NCBI RefSeq assembly: GCF_046549295.1
Contig: NZ_JAJPWB010000014.1
Coordinates: forward strand, 135,495 to 167,494
DNA: 32,000 nucleotides
Reading direction: 5' to 3'
From: Micromonospora sp. 067-2
GTDB lineage: Bacteria; Actinomycetota; Actinomycetes; Mycobacteriales; Micromonosporaceae
Numbering within the stretch: the stretch's first letter is position 1; each line of letters starts with the position of its first letter. The notes under the pieces were generated by a model. The model did no database searches. It saw only the letters and a program-made list of their open reading frames with translations, and was not told the DNA's origin. This document shows, piece after piece, positions 17,091-27,286 of this stretch. The position numbers and the translations under genes were made by a program.

Positions 17091-17530
17091 TCATCGCGTC
17101 ACCTCGCCTGCCCGGGCCGCGACCATGGGCCGTGCGCCGCTACTGGGCAGAGCGCCGCCAGTCGGCACGGTACGCCCGGCGGCGCGGCACGCAGCGAAGC
17201 AGCCGTCGCTGCCGCCGTCGACCGGCGTTTTGGGGCAGCGTGAAGACAACGGCGGCGCCATCAGCGTTGTCGGCACCGAACCAGATGCGTCCGCCGCGAG
17301 CGTGTCGAGGTCCACGACGGTGAAGCCGGCGGGTGACCCGGCCGATGGGGGAGAACGCGAGCAGGTCGTTGATCAGGCGTTGCACGCGTTGCGCTGAAGT
17401 CGACGACGAAGGCAAACACTGGTCCGCCCGCTCGTCGAGCTTGCCGATGTCTGCCCAGCAGTGTGGAGATCATCCTGCCGGCGGTCCAAGTGCACGCCGC
17501 GAGTTCGGTATCGACATGGACAGCCAGCAC
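17091..17530 (-). pseudogene. Sensor histidine kinase remnant (HisKA region plus extreme C-terminus), with multiple frameshifts and an internal deletion
   Basis: Kinase blocks are scattered over three frames: KLDERADQ, VFAFVVDFSA, AQRVQRLINDLLAFS.IGR, FTVVDLDTLAADA and IWFGADNADGAAVVFTLP (end of HATPase_c). Most of the ATP-binding domain is missing. It lies immediately upstream of the broken response regulator on the same strand. Confidence 0.55.
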
Positions 17531-17703
17531 CTTCGCTTGGCACGGTGACTGGCCGCGGGTTCGACTACAAGCACGGTCGTTTCAGCCAGCGACGGTCGAC
17601 AGCCGGTGATCCTTGTTGTTCATGACCACGGTTTATCGTCTGCCCTGGCTGGCTGGCTGGCGTCGGGTCGGCGCCGGTGGCCGGGGTGAGGGGAGCGGGC
17701 AGC

Positions 17704-18969
17704 ATGAGCGGACCGTCGGCGGTCTCGGACGCGGGATCGCTTCAGCGTCGGTTGGGTCTGTTCGACGCGGTGGTGATCGGTCTTGGGTCGATGATCGGCG
17801 CGGGGATCTTCGCCGCGTTGGCGCCGGCCGCCGCAGCGGCGGGGTCGGGGTTGCTGGTCGCGTTGGCGGTGGCGGCGGTGGTGGCGTACTGCAACGCCAC
17901 GTCCTCGGCGCGGCTCGCGGCCCGGTATCCCGCGTCCGGCGGCACCTACGTCTACGGCCGTGAGCGCCTCGGTGATTTCTGGGGCTACCTTGCCGGGTGG
18001 GGATTCGTCGTTGGAAAGACCGCCTCGTGCGCGGCGATGGCGTTGACCGTCGGCGTCTACGCCTGGCCCGCGCAGGCTCACGCGGTCGCGGTCGCCGCGG
18101 TGGTGGCGTTGACCGCGGTCAACTACGTCGGGGTGCAGAAGTCCGCGTGGCTGACCCGGGGCATCGTCGCCGTGGTGCTGGTCGTTCTCGCCGCGGTGGT
18201 CACGGCTGGCCTGACCTCCGACGCGGCCCGCCTCGACCGCCTCGACCCTTCCGGTGAGATCACCGCCGGCGGGGTGCTGCAGGCAGCCGGGCTGCTGTTC
18301 TTCGCCTTCGCCGGTTACGCGCGTATCGCCACCCTCGGCGAGGAGATCCGCGATCCGGCCCGCACCATTCCCCGGGCCATCGGTCTCGCGTTGGGTGTCG
18401 CCCTGGCCGTGTACGCGCTGGTCGCCGTCGCCGCCCTCGTCGTTCTCGGTGACCGCCTCGGAGCCAGCGCCGCGCCGCTGGCCGACGCCGTGCGCGCCGC
18501 CGGCTTTGCGGACCTCGCCCCGGTGGTGCGGATCGGGGCAGCCGTGGCGGCGCTCGGGTCGCTGCTGGCGCTGATCCTGGGAGTCTCGCGTACCACCCTG
18601 GCGATGGCCCGCGACCGGCACCTGCCACATGCCTTGGCGGCGGCGCATCCCCGCTTCGGGGTGCCGCATCGCGCCGAGGTGGCCGTCGGTGCGGTGGTCG
18701 CCGTGCTCGCGGCCACTGTCGACGTGCATACCGCGATCGGGTTCTCCTCCTTCGCGGTGCTGCTCTACTACACGATCGCCAACGCCAGCGCCTGGACCCT
18801 CACCACCGCGCAAGGCCGACCACCACGGTTCGTACCCATGCTCGGCCTGGCCGGCTGTCTCGTGCTGGCCATCGCCCTGCCCCCGCGTTCGGTGATCGCC
18901 GGGATCGTCGTGGTCGCAATCGGGGCGCTCATCTACGGCCTACGTCACCTGGCCTGGCGTAGACGCTGA
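17704..18969 (+). CDS. APC-superfamily amino acid permease
   Basis: LGLFDAVVIGLGSMIGAGIFAA..., ARYPASGGTYVYG and about 12 hydrophobic segments. The ATG at 17704 is preceded by GGGGAG and is preferred over the GTG at 17677. Confidence 0.85.
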   Translation: MSGPSAVSDAGSLQRRLGLFDAVVIGLGSMIGAGIFAALAPAAAAAGSGLLVALAVAAVVAYCNATSSARLAARYPASGGTYVYGRERLGDFWGYLAGWGFVVGKTASCAAMALTVGVYAWPAQAHAVAVAAVVALTAVNYVGVQKSAWLTRGIVAVVLVVLAAVVTAGLTSDAARLDRLDPSGEITAGGVLQAAGLLFFAFAGYARIATLGEEIRDPARTIPRAIGLALGVALAVYALVAVAALVVLGDRLGASAAPLADAVRAAGFADLAPVVRIGAAVAALGSLLALILGVSRTTLAMARDRHLPHALAAAHPRFGVPHRAEVAVGAVVAVLAATVDVHTAIGFSSFAVLLYYTIANASAWTLTTAQGRPPRFVPMLGLAGCLVLAIALPPRSVIAGIVVVAIGALIYGLRHLAWRRR

Positions 18970-19238
18970 CCGCGGAATCCGTCCCTACTGACTCGACAGG
19001 CATCGTCGCGGACAGCCGGGTAGGGGGCCCGACGGACCGCAGCTCGGCCGGTCAGCCTGTGCGGCAGGAGCGGGCCACAGCCAGCCCACCGAGGACCGTG
19101 CGATCAGCCCGACCACCAGGGCCACGCAGCGGCGGATGAACGTGACGACGTGTGGGTACGCTGTCCGCTGTTTGCCGCGCTTGTGATCTTTCGAGGTTCG
19201 AGAGGTCACGAGGCGACCGACGTGGGGACGGAGCTGAC

Positions 19239-21314
19239 ATGGGCAGTGGACTGGACGGAAACGCGCGGGCGCGCCGTAGACCTGTCACGGGGCAGAGCCC
19301 TGCTCCGGGCCGAAACAACGCCCAGCGCCCGGACGGGCACTCAACGATGCCCGCCTGCGTTGAGGTGCCCAGCTCACTGCACCCGCCGTCGAAGACGGTG
19401 ACGCGGTGGCTTCTGAAGCACCGCGTGCAGCCGGCGGGCCCGGAGAGCGGCGAGTCACACGCCGCACCGCACGCGTGGTGGAAGGTCATGTGCCTGACCG
19501 GGGTGGACTACTTTTCCACCCTGTCGTACCTGCCGGGAATCGCCGCGCTCGCGGCGGGTGCGCTGTCACCGCTGGCGACGTTGCTGATCGTGGCGTTGAC
19601 GCTGTTCGGGGTGTTGCCGATGTACCGGCGGGTGGCCGGGGAGAGCCCGAACGGGCAGGGGTCGGTGGCGATGCTGGAGCGGCTCCTGCCGTTCTGGAAG
19701 GGCAAGCTGTTCGTCCTGGTGTTGCTGGGGTTCGTGGCCACTTCGTGGATCATCACGATCACTTTGTCGTCGGCGGACGCGACGGTGCACCTGCTGGAGA
19801 ACCCGGTCCTGCCCGACGGCTTTCCGCACGGCACGACCGCGGCGGTGGTGGTGACGGTCGTACTCCTTCTGATTCTGGGCGGGGTGTTCCTGCTCGGGTT
19901 CAACGAGGCCGTCGGCGTGGCCATCCCCCTGGTCGCGATCTTCCTCGGGTTGAACGCGGCGATCGTCGCGGTGGGCGTGGTCGCGATCGCACAGGATCCG
20001 GCGCTGCTGTCCGGGTGGACCGACGCGCTCACCGCCGGCTCCAGCGGCGTCGGCGACGTCATCGGCCCCGCCGTGCTGGCGTTCCCGCTGCTCGTACTCG
20101 GCTTGTCAGGGTTCGAGACGGGTGTCAGCATGATGCCCCTGGTCAAGGGCGACGGTCTCGATGCCGAGCAGCGACTGGCCGCGCGGATCCGCAACACCCG
20201 CAAGCTGCTCACCGTTGCGGCCCTGGTCATGTCCGGCTACCTGATCATGACGACGGTGGTCACCACGGTGCTGATTCCCGCCGAGGCGTTCCAGCCCGGC
20301 GGGGAGGCCAACGGCCGCGCGCTGGCCTACCTGGCCCACGAACGTCTCGGTGAGGGCTTCGGCACGGTCTACGACATCAGCAGCGTGTTGATCCTGTGGT
20401 TCACTGGTGCCTCGGCGATGGCCGGGTTGATCAACATCGTGCCCCGCTACCTGCCGTCCTACGGCATGGCGCCCGAGTGGGGGCGCGCTGTGCGGCCCGT
20501 GGTCATCGTGTACACGCTGATCAGCGTCGCGATCACCGTCGCGTTCGACGCCGACGTCGACGCCCAGGCCGGTGCCTACGCCACCGGGATCCTGGCGATG
20601 ATGGTCTCCGGCGCCGTCGCGGTCACCATTTCCGCGCTGCGCCGCCGCCAGCGCGCCGCCACCGCCGGGTTCGCGCTGCTGACGGCCGTGCTGCTGTACG
20701 CGCTGGCCGAGAACGTGATCGAGAAGCCCGACGGCATCGCCATCTCGGGACTGTTCATCGCCGGCATCGTCACCGTGTCTCTCGTCTCCCGGATCTACCG
20801 CACCACGGAGCTGCGCGCTGAACGCATCGAGTTCGACGACACCGCCCGCCAGTTCATCGCTGACTCCCTCACCCACGACGGCCGGCTGCACCTGATCGCC
20901 AACAAGCGTCAGAGCGGCGCCGCCGAGGAGTACCGGCTCAAGGAACGCGCTCAGCGCGGCATCAACCCCGTCCCGGGCGCCGCCGACGTGCTTTTTCTCG
21001 AAATCGACGTCGTCGACCCCTCCGAGTTCAGCGGAGTCCTGCACGTCACCGGCGCCGACGTCAGCGGTCACCGGATCCTGCGCGCCACCGCTCCCGCCGC
21101 CCCGAATGCCATCGCTGCGATCCTGCTCGCCCTGCGCGACGCCACCGGCGTCCGCCCCCACGCCCACTTCGAATGGTCCGAGGGCAACCCCGTGGCCCAC
21201 CTGCTGCGCTACCTCCTGCTCGGTCGCGGCGACACTCCACCTGTCGTCCGGGAGATCATCCGCAAGGTCGAATCTGACCCCGCCCGCCGACCCGGCATCC
21301 ACGTCGGTGGCTAA
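19239..21314 (+). CDS. Large APC-fold-like permease with a ~220-aa C-terminal soluble domain
   Basis: [30 protein letters not shown] begins a block of about 12 hydrophobic helices. A non-membrane C-terminal domain follows ([32 protein letters not shown]...). The ATG at 19239 is preceded by GGAG; the alternative ATG at 19347 is also possible. Confidence 0.8.
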   Translation: MGSGLDGNARARRRPVTGQSPAPGRNNAQRPDGHSTMPACVEVPSSLHPPSKTVTRWLLKHRVQPAGPESGESHAAPHAWWKVMCLTGVDYFSTLSYLPGIAALAAGALSPLATLLIVALTLFGVLPMYRRVAGESPNGQGSVAMLERLLPFWKGKLFVLVLLGFVATSWIITITLSSADATVHLLENPVLPDGFPHGTTAAVVVTVVLLLILGGVFLLGFNEAVGVAIPLVAIFLGLNAAIVAVGVVAIAQDPALLSGWTDALTAGSSGVGDVIGPAVLAFPLLVLGLSGFETGVSMMPLVKGDGLDAEQRLAARIRNTRKLLTVAALVMSGYLIMTTVVTTVLIPAEAFQPGGEANGRALAYLAHERLGEGFGTVYDISSVLILWFTGASAMAGLINIVPRYLPSYGMAPEWGRAVRPVVIVYTLISVAITVAFDADVDAQAGAYATGILAMMVSGAVAVTISALRRRQRAATAGFALLTAVLLYALAENVIEKPDGIAISGLFIAGIVTVSLVSRIYRTTELRAERIEFDDTARQFIADSLTHDGRLHLIANKRQSGAAEEYRLKERAQRGINPVPGAADVLFLEIDVVDPSEFSGVLHVTGADVSGHRILRATAPAAPNAIAAILLALRDATGVRPHAHFEWSEGNPVAHLLRYLLLGRGDTPPVVREIIRKVESDPARRPGIHVGG

Positions 21315-21614
21315 CCGCTGACCTCGCCCCATCACCGGCTCGGGCGGGGCTGTCAGGCGCCGCGCGGGAACAGGGCGCCGGCGGCGACCAAACCGATCTC
21401 CACCAGGGGGACGAAAGACGGCCCACGGGGCTGCGAGCGTTGAAGATCGGGTGCCGTCCGGCAAAACACCACCGCGGCCTCGGAACCCGTGCGGGATCGG
21501 TCTGCCCGCTGCAGCGTCCTTGCGCCGGCCCTGTTCAGATGACCCGAGTAGAGGCTTCGGCTCTGCCCGCCCGCTTGCGGGGATGACCTCCGCGGTCGAT
21601 CGGACGGTCCCCGA

Positions 21615-22043
21615 TCAGTCCTCGGCCGCGGTGCCCTGTTCGGTGGTGCGGATACGGCTCAGCCGGCACAGGGCGGCGAGGCCGTCAGCCGTGCCGGGCC
21701 AGTGCCGGCGGACCGGCCCGAGGCCGGCGCGGCGGACGACCGAGCGCAGCACGGCGGCGACGATGATCGCGTCGTCGGCGTAGCCGATGACGGGGATGAA
21801 GTCGGGGATCAGGTCGACGGGGATCGTCAGGTAGGCCATCAGCAGGCCAAGCCGGACCCGCACGCCGCGGGGCAGGCTGGGGTCGGCGGCCAGCCGGCGC
21901 AGCAACCGCAACAGGTCCGGCAGGATCCGCATCGCTTCGATGAGCAGGGAGCCTTTCGGCCGCACGATCAGCAGACCGACCAGCAGCGCCAGCCACGACG
22001 CCGCCACCGCCACCGCCACGCCGACTCCGATGTCCCACCACAT
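21615..22043 (-). CDS. DUF1232 (YkvA-like) membrane protein
   Basis: [29 protein letters not shown] is the DUF1232 signature, preceded by an N-terminal TM helix. Confidence 0.85.
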   Translation of the reverse strand: MWWDIGVGVAVAVAASWLALLVGLLIVRPKGSLLIEAMRILPDLLRLLRRLAADPSLPRGVRVRLGLLMAYLTIPVDLIPDFIPVIGYADDAIIVAAVLRSVVRRAGLGPVRRHWPGTADGLAALCRLSRIRTTEQGTAAED

Positions 22044-22249
22044 TCAGACAGTCGCTTCCTTCTGGCAGCACCCCGTCGCCGCACTCGGAGCCGGCAATCA
22101 TCGCACTGTTCGACGCGCCACGTCTCGGGACCCTCCCCACCGCCAGTGCGGCGATCATCAGCGCGGCGGAATTGTCAGCCCACACCCAACCCGGCCAGGG
22201 GTGCGCAGCGGCTCGTGCCGCAGCCGGGCGACATCCTCGACCTGCCCGC

Positions 22250-22800
22250 CGCCCATTACAGCGAGGTCTGTCCCCGGTGAAGTCAGCCGAGCAGTCGCCG
22301 CCGGGGTCGGCGGGATGGCAGTGCCCGCCCTGATCTACGTCGCGGTAAACGCGAGCGCGGGGGACGGCGCGTTGGCGGGCTGGGCGGTCCCGACTGCCAC
22401 CGACATCGCGTTCGCCCACGCCGTCCTCGGGGTGATCAGCACCCACCTGCCCGCCACCCTGCGAACATCTCTGCTCACCCTCGCCGTCGTGGACGACCTG
22501 ATCGCAATCCTGATCATCGCCCTGTTCTACAGCAGCTCACTTCACCTGATTCCGCTCGGCCTGGCGGTGATCCCTTGCGCCGTTCGGGGTGCTGGTGCAA
22601 CGGCGGGTGCGGTCACGGTGGCTGCTGCTGCCTTGGCCGCCGCCACCTGGGCACTGGTTCATGCCGGCGGAACCCGCGCCGCCGTGGCTGGCATTCTGCT
22701 GGCGTTCAGCGTGCCGGTGAACCGTCGGGCCGAGGGACCCGGCCCCGGCTTGGCTGAGCACTTTGAGCACCGCTTCAGCGCGCAGGAGGTAGCGGGCCGC
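22250..22800 (+). pseudogene. nhaA: Na+/H+ antiporter NhaA remnant: both ends missing, internal frameshifts
   Basis: [15 protein letters not shown]...[20 protein letters not shown]...[20 protein letters not shown] is the central NhaA core including the TATDIAF motif. Between about 22570 and 22645 the NhaA-like sequence ([17 protein letters not shown]) is in a different frame, returning at TWALVHAGG. Homology fades after AEHFEHRF. Confidence 0.75.
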
Positions 22801-22973
22801 GGTTGGTGCCCGTCAATTGTTGATGCCGGACTGCCGGTCCTCATCCCCCGGATATCCGTCTCGCGGCTCAAAGCGGGATTGCGCTCAGCCTGGTGCCGCG
22901 CGTTGGGTGGCAGACCTGCGCAAGAAGACAGCGCCGCATCCGTGCGGATGCGGCGCTGTCTTCTTGCGATCGG

Positions 22974-23738
22974 CTAGCTGATCTTTCTGCGGTAGATCGC
23001 TGTCGCCGCGGCGTAGGCGGCAACGAGAATGCCGGCGCACCAGGCGAGGGCGATCCAGATGTCGTTGCCGACGGGTTGCTGCGCGAACAGCGTGCGGAGA
23101 GTGTTCACGATGGATGTCACCGGCTGGTTCTCGGCGAACCACGCGACCGGGCCGGGCATCGAGTCGGTGGGGACGAACGCCGAGCTGATGAAGGGCAGGA
23201 AGATCAGCGGGTAGCTGAAGGCGCTCGCGCCGTCGACGGTCTTGGCGGACAGGCCCGCTATCACGGCGATCCAGGTGAGGGCGAGGGTGAACAGGATCAG
23301 GATGCCGGCGACGGCGAGCCAGTCGGCTACGGATGCGCCGGTGCGGAACTCCATGATCAGCGCGACGCCTGTGACGATCACGAGCGAGGCCAGGTTGGCC
23401 ACGAGTGAGGTGAGGACATGCGCCCAGAGCACGGAGGGTCGTGGGATCGGCATCGACTGGAAGCGCTCGAAGATGCCGCCCTGCATGTCGAGGAACAGGC
23501 GGTACGCCGTGTAGGCGATGCCGGATGCGATCGTGATGAGCAGGATGCCCGGGAGCATGTAGTTGATGTATGACTCGTCGGATCCGGTGTTGATGGCTCC
23601 ACCCAGCACGTACACGAAGAGCAGCATCAGCGCGACCGGGGTCACCGCTGTGGTGATGATGGTGTCCGGGCTGCGGAGGATATGACGCAGGGAGCGGCCG
23701 GTGAGGGTTCCGGTGTCGCTGAGCACGTGGATGGTCAT
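22974..23738 (-). CDS. ABC-2 type (DrrB-like) efflux permease
   Basis: 254 aa with six hydrophobic helices and an N-terminal [14 protein letters not shown] motif typical of ABC-2 permeases. Its ATG overlaps the upstream stop (ATGA at 23735-23738). Confidence 0.85.
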   Translation of the reverse strand: MTIHVLSDTGTLTGRSLRHILRSPDTIITTAVTPVALMLLFVYVLGGAINTGSDESYINYMLPGILLITIASGIAYTAYRLFLDMQGGIFERFQSMPIPRPSVLWAHVLTSLVANLASLVIVTGVALIMEFRTGASVADWLAVAGILILFTLALTWIAVIAGLSAKTVDGASAFSYPLIFLPFISSAFVPTDSMPGPVAWFAENQPVTSIVNTLRTLFAQQPVGNDIWIALAWCAGILVAAYAAATAIYRRKIS

Positions 23739-24547
23739 CGGGATTCTCCTCCTGCGGACATGGCGGCCTTGTCGGCGGTGTCACTGGTGTCGCCGACGAG
23801 GGCGAGGAAGACGTCCTCGAGGGTCGGCTGCTTCTCGACGTACTCCACCCTTTCGGACGGGAGGAGCTGCTTCAGCTCGGCGAGGGTGCCGTTCTGGATG
23901 ATCACACCTTTGTGCAGGATCGCGATCCGGTCGGCGAGTTGCTCGGCCTCGTCGAGGTACTGGGTGGTCAGCAGGATGGTCGTGCCATCCTTGGCGAGCT
24001 GCTTCACCGTCTGCCAGACCTCGATGCGGGCCTGCGGGTCGAGGCCGGTGGTCGGCTCGTCGAGGAATACCACCGGCGGGTTGCCGACAAGGCTCATCGC
24101 GATGTCCAACCGTCGGCGCATGCCGCCCGAGTACGTCGCCGCCCGGCGGTTCCCGGCATCGGTGAGCGAGAAACGGGCGAGCATGTCGTCAGCGATCGCA
24201 CCCGGGTTCTTCAGGTGGCGGAGCTTCGCGACCAGGATCAGATTCTCCCGGCCGGTGAGCACCTCGTCGACTGCGGCGAACTGACCGGTCAGGCTGATCG
24301 ACTTGCGTACGTCGCCCGGAGCCGAGGAGACGTCGAAGCCGTGGACGGTCGCGGTGCCGGTGTTCGCCCTCAACAACGTCGACAGGATCCGCACCAGCGT
24401 GGTCTTCCCGGCGCCGTTCGAGCCGAGCAGAGCGAAGATGCTCCCGGCTGCGACGTCGAAGTCGACGCACCGCAGCACGGGCAGGTTCTTGTAGGATTTC
24501 GTGATGGCCCGCACCCTGATCGCGGGTTCGCGTGTCTTGGCGGTCAT
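23735..24547 (-). CDS. ABC transporter ATP-binding protein (DrrA-like)
   Basis: Walker A GSNGAGKTT, signature YSGGMRRRL and Walker B VVFLDEPTTGLD. ATGA overlap with the upstream gene at 24544-24547. Confidence 0.9.
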   Translation of the reverse strand: MTAKTREPAIRVRAITKSYKNLPVLRCVDFDVAAGSIFALLGSNGAGKTTLVRILSTLLRANTGTATVHGFDVSSAPGDVRKSISLTGQFAAVDEVLTGRENLILVAKLRHLKNPGAIADDMLARFSLTDAGNRRAATYSGGMRRRLDIAMSLVGNPPVVFLDEPTTGLDPQARIEVWQTVKQLAKDGTTILLTTQYLDEAEQLADRIAILHKGVIIQNGTLAELKQLLPSERVEYVEKQPTLEDVFLALVGDTSDTADKAAMSAGGESR

Positions 24548-24930
24548 GCGCTCTTCTCCTCGCCGTTGTCGACGGCGTCGTCGTCGATGGCCTTCCGGAG
24601 GCGCTCGCGTTCCTTGTCAATCCACTGCCTGCCGGAGTACGCCTGCAGGAACGTCTCGGCGAACTCGACCGGGTCGTCGCCGACGATTGCGCGGACCGGC
24701 GTTGCGTCGGCGACCGCACGCTCCCAGAGGTCGACGAAGTCGCCGAGCATCGTGATGAGCGTGCCGCCGTCGAGGATCCCTCCGTGGTACATGAAGTACC
24801 GCTGAAGAGCCTTGGCCGCGCTGCGATAAGGCTCCGGCAGGGCCTCGATACGGGCCATGTGGCGCTTGTACTGCCTTTTCTGCTCGAGCGACCCGACGAG
24901 CGTCTCGATCCACTTCGCGGCCATGCTCAT
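24544..24930 (-). CDS. DUF1048 domain protein (the usual partner of PadR regulators)
   Basis: 128 aa reading WIETLVGSLEQKRQYKRHMARIEALPEPYRSAAKALQRYFMY...GDDPVEFAETFLQAY..WIDKERERL. This matches my recollection of the DUF1048 family layout. ATGA overlap with padR at 24927-24930. Confidence 0.75.
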   Translation of the reverse strand: MSMAAKWIETLVGSLEQKRQYKRHMARIEALPEPYRSAAKALQRYFMYHGGILDGGTLITMLGDFVDLWERAVADATPVRAIVGDDPVEFAETFLQAYSGRQWIDKERERLRKAIDDDAVDNGEEKSA

Positions 24931-25274
24931 GCTCCTTTGTCGTGTTGGTTGTCGTTGTGGTGGAGTTGCTCGATGCGTTCCGCGAGGACGCTCCACGTCC
25001 TCCAGAACTCGGCGAGTTGGTCTCGCCCCTTCGCGTTGAGCGAATACACCTTCCGCGGGGGGCCCTTCTCGGAGGGGACCTTCTCTACGTCCACGAACCC
25101 GCGCTGCTCGACGCGGACGAGCAGCGCGTAGATGGTGCCTTCCGCGATGTCCGAGAATCCGCGGTCTCGCAGCCACGCGGTGATCTCGTAGCCGTATGCG
25201 GATCTGCGAGCCAGGATCGCCAGGACGATGCCTTCGAGCGTGCCCTTCAGCATCTCGGTCATCTGGTTGCCCAT
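24927..25274 (-). CDS. padR: PadR-family transcriptional regulator
   Basis: LKGTLEGIVLAILARRSAYGYEITAWL......EGTIYALLVRVEQRGFV.....EKGPPRKVYSLNAKG is the PadR winged-helix signature. Confidence 0.9.
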   Translation of the reverse strand: MGNQMTEMLKGTLEGIVLAILARRSAYGYEITAWLRDRGFSDIAEGTIYALLVRVEQRGFVDVEKVPSEKGPPRKVYSLNAKGRDQLAEFWRTWSVLAERIEQLHHNDNQHDKGA

Positions 25275-25301
25275 GCCATCTTCTCCTCGCTATCAAGCGA
25301 C

Positions 25302-25344
25302 GCTATCTACCGGTAGACGGTAACACTAGGTACCGGTAGATAGC
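25302..25344. promoter_or_regulatory. Probable PadR operator: 14-bp perfect inverted repeat containing two TACCGGTA palindromes
   Basis: GCTATCTACCGGTA (25302-25315) and TACCGGTAGATAGC (25331-25344) are exact reverse complements. Each arm holds the 8-bp palindrome TACCGGTA, with centres 23 bp apart. The repeat lies 28-70 bp upstream of the padR start codon. Confidence 0.6.
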
Positions 25345-26015
25345 AACGCTGAATACCGAGGGATTTCAGCATGGCCACTCGCCTCTGGAGTCCACGCCGT
25401 GGCGATCAGGCTGGACCGTCCGGTACGAGCCCAAACCGCCGTCGACGAAGCTGGTGGACACCCCGCCGCCTCGATCCTTGACGCGCACCGCTGCCGTGAA
25501 TGAGGCTCGGTGCCAGCTCTGTCATGTGCCAGCTGCTTACCGACGAGCCGTCCGCCGGCGTCAGCGCACCACCCGGCGCCGTGCCTCGGGACCGCGTGGG
25601 CGGCCCTTGGTCGCCGCTCATCACGCCGCGCATGACACCGGTCGAGGTTTCCCAGTAGTGAACCCAGACATCCGGACGGCTCAGATCCTGGTTGCCGGTC
25701 TACTCGACCTGTTCGCCGCGAGCGCGGATCGCATCAAGGCATCTCAGACCATTCAGGCCCGACACGGCTCAAATTAGTGCGCACCTTGCGTGATCGCGGC
25801 GCCGGCGGTGCAGAGGTCGTCGGGTAGTAGGTTGGTGGCGGTGATGGTGTGGTTGCCGGCCTGAATGTCGGTGACGTGGTGGCGGCCGGCGGTGCGGACG
25901 AGTCGTCTGATCGACCAGTCATTGCGGTCTCGATCCAGCGGCGGGATAACCTGCCTGCGGTGCCTCGAATCGCATGACCGGAGGAGTCGATGCTGGGATG
26001 ACGGCAGGGCGACCG

Positions 26016-26954
26016 ATGCCGACACAGGACGACGTGCTCGGCTACTTCGACACGCTGTCGAACTGGGGGCGGTGGGGCGACGAGGACGAGCTCGGCACTC
26101 TGAATCACATCACCGACGACGTCCGGCTGGCGGCGGCGCGGGCCGTGCGCCACGGCAGGAGCGTGTCCTGCGCATGGGAGGTTGCCGTACCGCGAGACAT
26201 GGAGCGGTCGACGACGACGTGCCCATGCGCCGCCGACATGCCGGGTGCCGAGAACATGCCAGTGCCCGCCTTTCACGCCGACAGGCGCTGGGGCTTCTCG
26301 AACGAGCGGCTCGGCATCATGTTCCACGGCAACACCATCACCCACGTCGACTCGCCGTGCCACATCTTCTGGGACGGCAGGATGTACAACGGGCGGTCGC
26401 ACTCGTTGGTCGACGCCGCTACGGGATCGGCGTGGGCGGCCGTCACGGCGGCGGCGAACGGGATCATCACGCGTGGTGTCTTGCTGGACGTCGCGCGGGC
26501 CCGCGATGTGCCGTGGTTGGAAACGGGTCAGGGTGTGTTTCCCGACGATCTCGAGGAGGCCGAGCGTCGCCAGGGCGTACGGGTGCGATCCGGCGATGCG
26601 GTACTCCTGCGGACCGGCCAGGGTCGCGTCCGGCACGAGGCCGGTGAGGCCAGCGCTTTCACACAGGCCGGCTGGCACGCGTCCTGCCTGCCGTGGCTAC
26701 ACGAACGCGATGTCGCGGTGATAGGCGCTGACACCCCCCAGGACGTTCAGCCGTCGGGGTACGACGACGTGTTGATGCCGGTTCACGCCGTGAGTCTCGT
26801 CGCGATGGGTCTGTGGCTGCTCGACAACTGCGACCTGGAGGCGTGCGCGACAACGGCTGCCGAGCTCGGCCAGTGGGACTTCCACCTCGCAGTCGCGCCG
26901 GTCCGATTCGCCGGTACGTCCGGCAGCCCGGTCAACCCGATCGCCACATTCTGA
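26016..26954 (+). CDS. Cyclase-family protein (kynurenine-formamidase-like fold)
   Basis: The N-terminus reads LSNWGRWGDEDELGTLNHIT. FHGNTITHVDSPCH matches the HxGTHxDxPxH metal-binding motif of the putative-cyclase family. The start is the ATG at 26016, or upstream at 25974 or 25998. Confidence 0.8.
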   Translation: MPTQDDVLGYFDTLSNWGRWGDEDELGTLNHITDDVRLAAARAVRHGRSVSCAWEVAVPRDMERSTTTCPCAADMPGAENMPVPAFHADRRWGFSNERLGIMFHGNTITHVDSPCHIFWDGRMYNGRSHSLVDAATGSAWAAVTAAANGIITRGVLLDVARARDVPWLETGQGVFPDDLEEAERRQGVRVRSGDAVLLRTGQGRVRHEAGEASAFTQAGWHASCLPWLHERDVAVIGADTPQDVQPSGYDDVLMPVHAVSLVAMGLWLLDNCDLEACATTAAELGQWDFHLAVAPVRFAGTSGSPVNPIATF

Positions 26955-27241
26955 CCACGGTTCACGAGGGGAGGCGATGTCATGAACGGCCCGACCCGCA
27001 CCTGGAACGCGGTCGTGGTCGGTGAGGACACAACGTGCTGGTCGGGAACGAGGCGGCACGCGCGTCTCAAAGGTTGCAGAGGATCCATTTCGGAGGGTAT
27101 GCACAACACAGGGATCTGCCGGACCGCGGTTGTGGGCTACTGGGTGAGAGGCCTCCGATCGCGCGACCAGCTTGGCCGCGGGGGCGCCGGGGAATGCCAC
27201 CGACTCGGGGCCGCCGGACGCGGAGAGCGGGCATCGCCTGA

Positions 27242-27279
27242 ACCGGATGGACGCGGCACGAGCGCCGCGTCCATCCGGT
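27242..27279 (-). terminator. Perfect 16-bp stem / 6-nt loop hairpin
   Basis: ACCGGATGGACGCGGC (27242-27257), loop ACGAGC, then GCCGCGTCCATCCGGT (27264-27279). It begins 8 nt after the TGA (27287-27289) that ends the I36-like reading frame on the minus strand. There is no clear U-tract. Confidence 0.45.
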
Positions 27280-27286
27280 CGCACGG

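Noticed and set aside
25345-26015. Protein-like patches on the minus strand (…NQDLSRPDVWVHYWETSTGVMRGVMSGD… and …RRLVRTAGRHHVTDIQAGNHTITATNLLPDDL…) between padR and the cyclase gene.
   Set aside because: Both lack starts and are short. I could not assign them to a family with any confidence (the second is vaguely transposase-like). They are probably further gene debris, but this is unsupported.
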